Position numbers and translations under genes: made by a program
Assembly (NCBI GenBank): GCA_021790795.1
Contig: JAJYFU010000002.1
Coordinates: 1,674-65,673, forward strand
Direction of reading: 5' to 3'
Length of the DNA: 64,000 nt
DNA from: Pseudomonadota bacterium
Lineage (GTDB): Bacteria > Pseudomonadota > Gammaproteobacteria > Steroidobacterales > Steroidobacteraceae
The notes under the pieces: model-generated
Seen by the model: the letters and a program-made list of their open reading frames with translations, nothing else
Told to the model about the DNA's origin: nothing
Databases searched by the model: none
Part shown: positions 60,683-64,000 of the stretch, in pieces
Numbering within the stretch: position 1 is the stretch's first letter
How the letters are laid out: each line of letters starts with the position of its first letter

Positions 60683-60899
60683 CCGTCCCCCCTCGGATCT
60701 GCCTGACATTGCGGCGTGGCCACAGAAGACAGATCCCACGTCGTTGGGCAAGGGCCACGTCGCAATTCCGATGCCGGCACCTTACTTGTCGCCGGAAATC
60801 AATTTGTTACTGTACGCGACCGCGATCTCTCATTGCAAGACGATCCGGCTCCCACTTACACTTCAACAGTCGACACCGACCCATGAGCCGGGTCTGCAC

Positions 60900-62237
60900 A
60901 TGCGCCACAAAAAGTCACCCAGATCGAGCGCCGCGTACCAGCAGGACCTCAGCGGAATCGCCGCGCGCCGGCGCCTCCGGCCCGGCCGCACCGCGACATG
61001 CCTCGCCTGCGCGACGTTCTTGCTACTTGCGGCAGGATGCGCCACCACACGCAGGACGCCGACAGCCCCGAGCGCCGGCGCAGTCAGCGGGTTGCCGCAG
61101 GTGCCGGCGGGGCTGCTCCGAAGGGCTGAATCGGGCAACGCCGGCGCCGAAGTTGCAATGGGATTGCGCGAGAGCGCCATCGGCCGCCACGCCGCCGCCA
61201 ATTCCTGGTACCGCAAGGCCGCGACGCAAGGTAGTCTCTCCGCGGAAATCAACCTCGCCGATGACTACGAAGCCGGCAAGGGCATGACTCGAAATTACGC
61301 GCGGGCCAACTTCTGGTTTCGCAAAGCCGCCGAGCGAGGCGACGCCGCTGCGGAGTACTCCCTGGGATATGCCTATTTCAATGGACACGGCGTCTCGACC
61401 AACTACACCACGGCCAATCTCTGGTACCGCAGATCCGCCGAGCAGGGCTATGCGCCGGGGGAATACGGCCTTGGTTACGACTACGAGCTTGGTTTGGGCA
61501 CGGCACCAGACTTCGTCGCCGCGCACCGGTGGTTCCGCAAGGCGGCCCGGCAAGGAATCGCGGGCGCCGAACTTGGCGTGGCGGCGGATTACGAGTTCGG
61601 GCGAGGCATCGCACGGAACGCCGCAAAAGCCGTCTTATGGCTGCGCAAAGCGGCCGAGCAAGGGCTGCCCGAAGCGGAGTACTTTCTCGGCGCCCAATAT
61701 TCCGAGGGTCATGGCACCACGCGAAACATGTCGAAGGCGACCTACTGGCTCGACAAGGCGAGCGCGGCCGGATTTTCCCCACCGCGAAATGACGCCGCAT
61801 GCCTGCAACACGCGCAGAAGATCGCCGCCGCGAAAGCTCGCGGTGACACCCTGGCGTCCGCCACGGTGGAGCGCCACTCGGGTTACACACCGCCCAGCAT
61901 GAAAAGTGGCTTTCCACAACCCTGCGGCTTCTATCCGGTCATAGCTCAGCTGTTGCACAAGCAAGGCACTGCGCTCGTGCGGATTTGTATCGGCAAGAAC
62001 GGTCAGATACTGGACAAACCGACAATCACGCGAACTTCCGGAAGCTCGCGCCTCGATGCCGCCGCATTGCGCTATGCGACCGCGACCTCGGGCCACTGGA
62101 GACCCGAGCGGCACGACGGAGTACCCATCAATTTCTGCGCCCAGTTGCCGGTGCGGTTCGCATTGACGACCCCCGCGCCCGCGATACAGATGCCGGGACA
62201 CCCCCGTCCGACACCGCGCAAGCTGCCGCAAAATTAG
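60900..62237 (+). CDS. lipoprotein with Sel1-like repeats fused to a TonB C-terminal-type domain
   Basis: ATG at 60900 and lipobox LLLAAGC. Five to six Sel1 units. The C-terminus YPVIAQLLHKQGTALVRICIGKNGQILDKPTITRTSGSSRLDAAALRYATATSGHWRPERHDGVPI...VRFAL fits the TonB_C pattern (YP..A...G.V.V.F.V...G.V....V..SSG...LD.AA......W.F.P). Confidence 0.75.
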   Translation: MRHKKSPRSSAAYQQDLSGIAARRRLRPGRTATCLACATFLLLAAGCATTRRTPTAPSAGAVSGLPQVPAGLLRRAESGNAGAEVAMGLRESAIGRHAAANSWYRKAATQGSLSAEINLADDYEAGKGMTRNYARANFWFRKAAERGDAAAEYSLGYAYFNGHGVSTNYTTANLWYRRSAEQGYAPGEYGLGYDYELGLGTAPDFVAAHRWFRKAARQGIAGAELGVAADYEFGRGIARNAAKAVLWLRKAAEQGLPEAEYFLGAQYSEGHGTTRNMSKATYWLDKASAAGFSPPRNDAACLQHAQKIAAAKARGDTLASATVERHSGYTPPSMKSGFPQPCGFYPVIAQLLHKQGTALVRICIGKNGQILDKPTITRTSGSSRLDAAALRYATATSGHWRPERHDGVPINFCAQLPVRFALTTPAPAIQMPGHPRPTPRKLPQN

Positions 62238-62616
62238 GCGGGTCGGCACCGCACGAGCGGCCTCCCGCAATCGTCGGCGTCTCCAGAACCGGCGGGAATG
62301 GAGGGGCTTCGCGCTGGGCCGGATGTTGACCGGGGGCGCGCGCCGCAAATACGATCGCCCAATCAACCTCGCTAATGCGTAATCGCCGCGTTGCCATGCC
62401 AATGGGCTCGGGTCTCTCAACCCCAGCCAAGCTCAGGCAGAAGTTAAAGGTAGGGTCGCCCACTCCGGCGCCGCGTTCACATCTCCGCCGCGTGTTAAAG
62501 AGGCGGATTCCGGCCACAGGTAACCTCTGACCCCTGCCGGTCCAACGTACCCATAACGGCCATTCCCCGCTGGTCCATCTGGCGCAACACAGATATTGCC
62601 TCCTCGGCATTTTCCT

Positions 62617-62631
62617 GCTACTCTCTGTAGC
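62617..62631. promoter_or_regulatory. inverted repeat, candidate BlaI-type operator
   Basis: GCTAC-TCTCT-GTAGC, 19 nt upstream of the BlaI-like start. It contains TAC/GTA half-sites reminiscent of BlaI/MecI operators. Confidence 0.3.
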
Positions 62632-62649
62632 ACTACGGTGAGTCGCATT

Positions 62650-63039
62650 ATGAAACGACATCAGATCACTGACTTGGGGGAACTCGAGAGAGCCGCCCTG
62701 GAGATTGTCTGGCGGCTGGCGCGCGCTTCAGCGGACACCGTTCGCAGCGCACTCGAGCGTCCGCTCAAGGAATCCACAGTTCGTACTGTGCTCACGCGCC
62801 TGGAACAGAAGGGATACCTCACGCACACCGTCGAGGCCCGAACGTATATCTACAGCCCCAGCGAAAGTCGCGCAGTCTCTGCCGCGCGCGCAGTCAAGGG
62901 AATACTGGATCGCTACTGCAACGGATCGCTCGAGGAGGTGCTGCTCGGGCTGGTCGACGCGCGTCTGGTTGACGAGCAAGAGCTCCAGCGGCTCGCCGCT
63001 AAAATTGCAAAGGCAAAACGGGGGAAAAGTCATGATTGA
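62650..63039 (+). CDS. BlaI/MecI/CopY-family transcriptional repressor
   Basis: The ATG at 62650 gives 129 aa. Winged-helix region LERAALEIVWRLARASADTVRSALERPLKESTVRTVLTRLEQKGYL. Confidence 0.85.
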   Translation: MKRHQITDLGELERAALEIVWRLARASADTVRSALERPLKESTVRTVLTRLEQKGYLTHTVEARTYIYSPSESRAVSAARAVKGILDRYCNGSLEEVLLGLVDARLVDEQELQRLAAKIAKAKRGKSHD

Positions 63040-64000
63040 CCTGCTAGCAGCTTGGACGTTCCGCGCACTCGCTCTGGCCCTTCTCGTTGGCGGTATCTTG
63101 CGACTCGCGCGCGTGCGCAACCCCTACCTGGGCAAAACCGCCTGGACTGCTGTGCTCACCGCGGCCCTGATTATGCCCATCGTTATCCGTCTCCACGGTC
63201 TTGCAATTCACACACCAATTCCGGTTCTCCGACCAATGGCCGCTTCCGCTGGCGTTGCGGTGAGACACACGTCAGTGCCATTCCTCTGGGCACTCTACGT
63301 TCTTAGCGTAGCGCTCTTTGCGATGCGCTACGCTGGGTCGTTCTTGCGCATGGCGTGGATCAGACGTCGCGCTTGCCGAGTATATGCTGACTGGACGCAG
63401 GAACTGGATGTGCGTAGTTCGCAAGCGATTGCGAGCCCGGCGACGTTTGGCCGCACAATCCTGCTGCCCGCGAGTTTCTCAGATTGGGCTGCCGATCAAC
63501 GTGCAGCGGTTATTGCGCACGAGCGCGCCCACGTCCTTGGATTCGACTGCTACCGAATCTGGCTCGCCCGGCTCTATGTGTGCGTTGCGTGGTTCAACCC
63601 GCTTTCTTGGTGGCTGGCTAGACGTCTGACCACCCTCGCCGAGGAAACCAGCGACGCCGCCGCCGTGCAAGCCCTTGGCGATGGTCCGCGCTACGCCGAA
63701 ACGCTTCTCGAGTTTGCCGCCCGCGCGGCCGCACCCAGTCCCGTTGCGGCAGCCATTGTGCGATCAAACATCTCGAAACGCATCGAACGCATCATTGGAA
63801 CTGCCCCGCCGTCTGCGCCGCCGCAGCGCTCCCGCTCGCTCCTCGCAGCGGCTGCCGCGGTGCCAACGCTAGTGCTTTGCGCGCTCCTGCAGTTTCAGCC
63901 GGCGTACCGCGCGCATGCCGGAGAAGCGTCGACGCACCCAGCGGCACCTCACTCAAGTCTACGAGTGCTCGCCTCGGCGGCCAACCTGAAAATCATTCGA
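63032..64000 (+). CDS. BlaR1-like M56-family membrane metalloprotease/signal transducer (3' end beyond the window)
   Basis: Not in the track because it is open at the window end. I translated it by hand from the ATG at 63032, which overlaps blaI by 8 nt: MIDLLAAWTFRALALALLVGG.... It has several TM segments and the zinc motif HERAH encoded at 63518-63532. Confidence 0.8.
   Translation, partial: MIDLLAAWTFRALALALLVGGILRLARVRNPYLGKTAWTAVLTAALIMPIVIRLHGLAIHTPIPVLRPMAASAGVAVRHTSVPFLWALYVLSVALFAMRYAGSFLRMAWIRRRACRVYADWTQELDVRSSQAIASPATFGRTILLPASFSDWAADQRAAVIAHERAHVLGFDCYRIWLARLYVCVAWFNPLSWWLARRLTTLAEETSDAAAVQALGDGPRYAETLLEFAARAAAPSPVAAAIVRSNISKRIERIIGTAPPSAPPQRSRSLLAAAAAVPTLVLCALLQFQPAYRAHAGEASTHPAAPHSSLRVLASAANLKIIR

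Noticed and set aside
60736-60762. Direct repeat CCACGTCG occurring twice, 19 bp apart, in the divergent Sel1 promoter region
   Set aside because: An 8-mer repeated once within a ~220-bp spacer is not clearly beyond chance. It is noted only as a possible regulator site.

Overview
Visibly GC-rich proteobacterial chromosome segment (GC not computed), densely coding. No CRISPR array, rRNA, tRNA, transposase or integrase is recognisable. About the first 40 kb is a conserved gammaproteobacterial housekeeping backbone. On the minus strand it runs carB-carA-dapB-dnaJ-dnaK-grpE-hrcA. This is followed by nadK-recN, fur, bamE, rnfH/ratA, smpB and tmRNA (ssrA, tag ANDDNFALAA), the same order as E. coli grpE-nadK-recN-bamE-ratB-ratA-smpB-ssrA. 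Next come opgG-opgH-opgD (periplasmic glucans), egtB-egtD (ergothioneine) and a translationally coupled oxidoreductase/aguB/ATP-grasp operon. After that are prc, a DUF1249 plus coiled-coil pair, ppsR/ppsA, orn, rsgA, and recR-ybaB-dnaX preceded by a 4.5S SRP RNA. The last ~25 kb is more accessory. It holds a MerR regulator and a GDT1/UPF0016 transporter, a 1023-aa DUF748-like protein with a GH115-like lipoprotein, and panE. It also holds a cytochrome bc1 locus of unusual layout: HiPIP and an SDR lie divergent from petA-cyt c4-petB-petC plus a coupled small membrane protein. Then comes a TetR-controlled TonB-dependent receptor/esterase/3-hydroxybutyrate dehydrogenase/hydrolase cluster. The window ends in a lower-GC block with two divergent Sel1-repeat proteins (one fused to a TonB C-terminal domain) and a BlaI/BlaR1-like pair that runs off the window end. 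Many long ORFs in the track are antisense artefacts of high GC and are rejected. I see no obvious defence or mobile system. The best leads for undescribed biology are the TBDR-BdhA locus, the aguB/ATP-grasp operon, the Sel1-TonB_C/BlaR1 block, and the bc1 locus. The bc1 locus includes a Tyr-less SDR and a ~660-bp non-coding region with phased ACGT palindromes.
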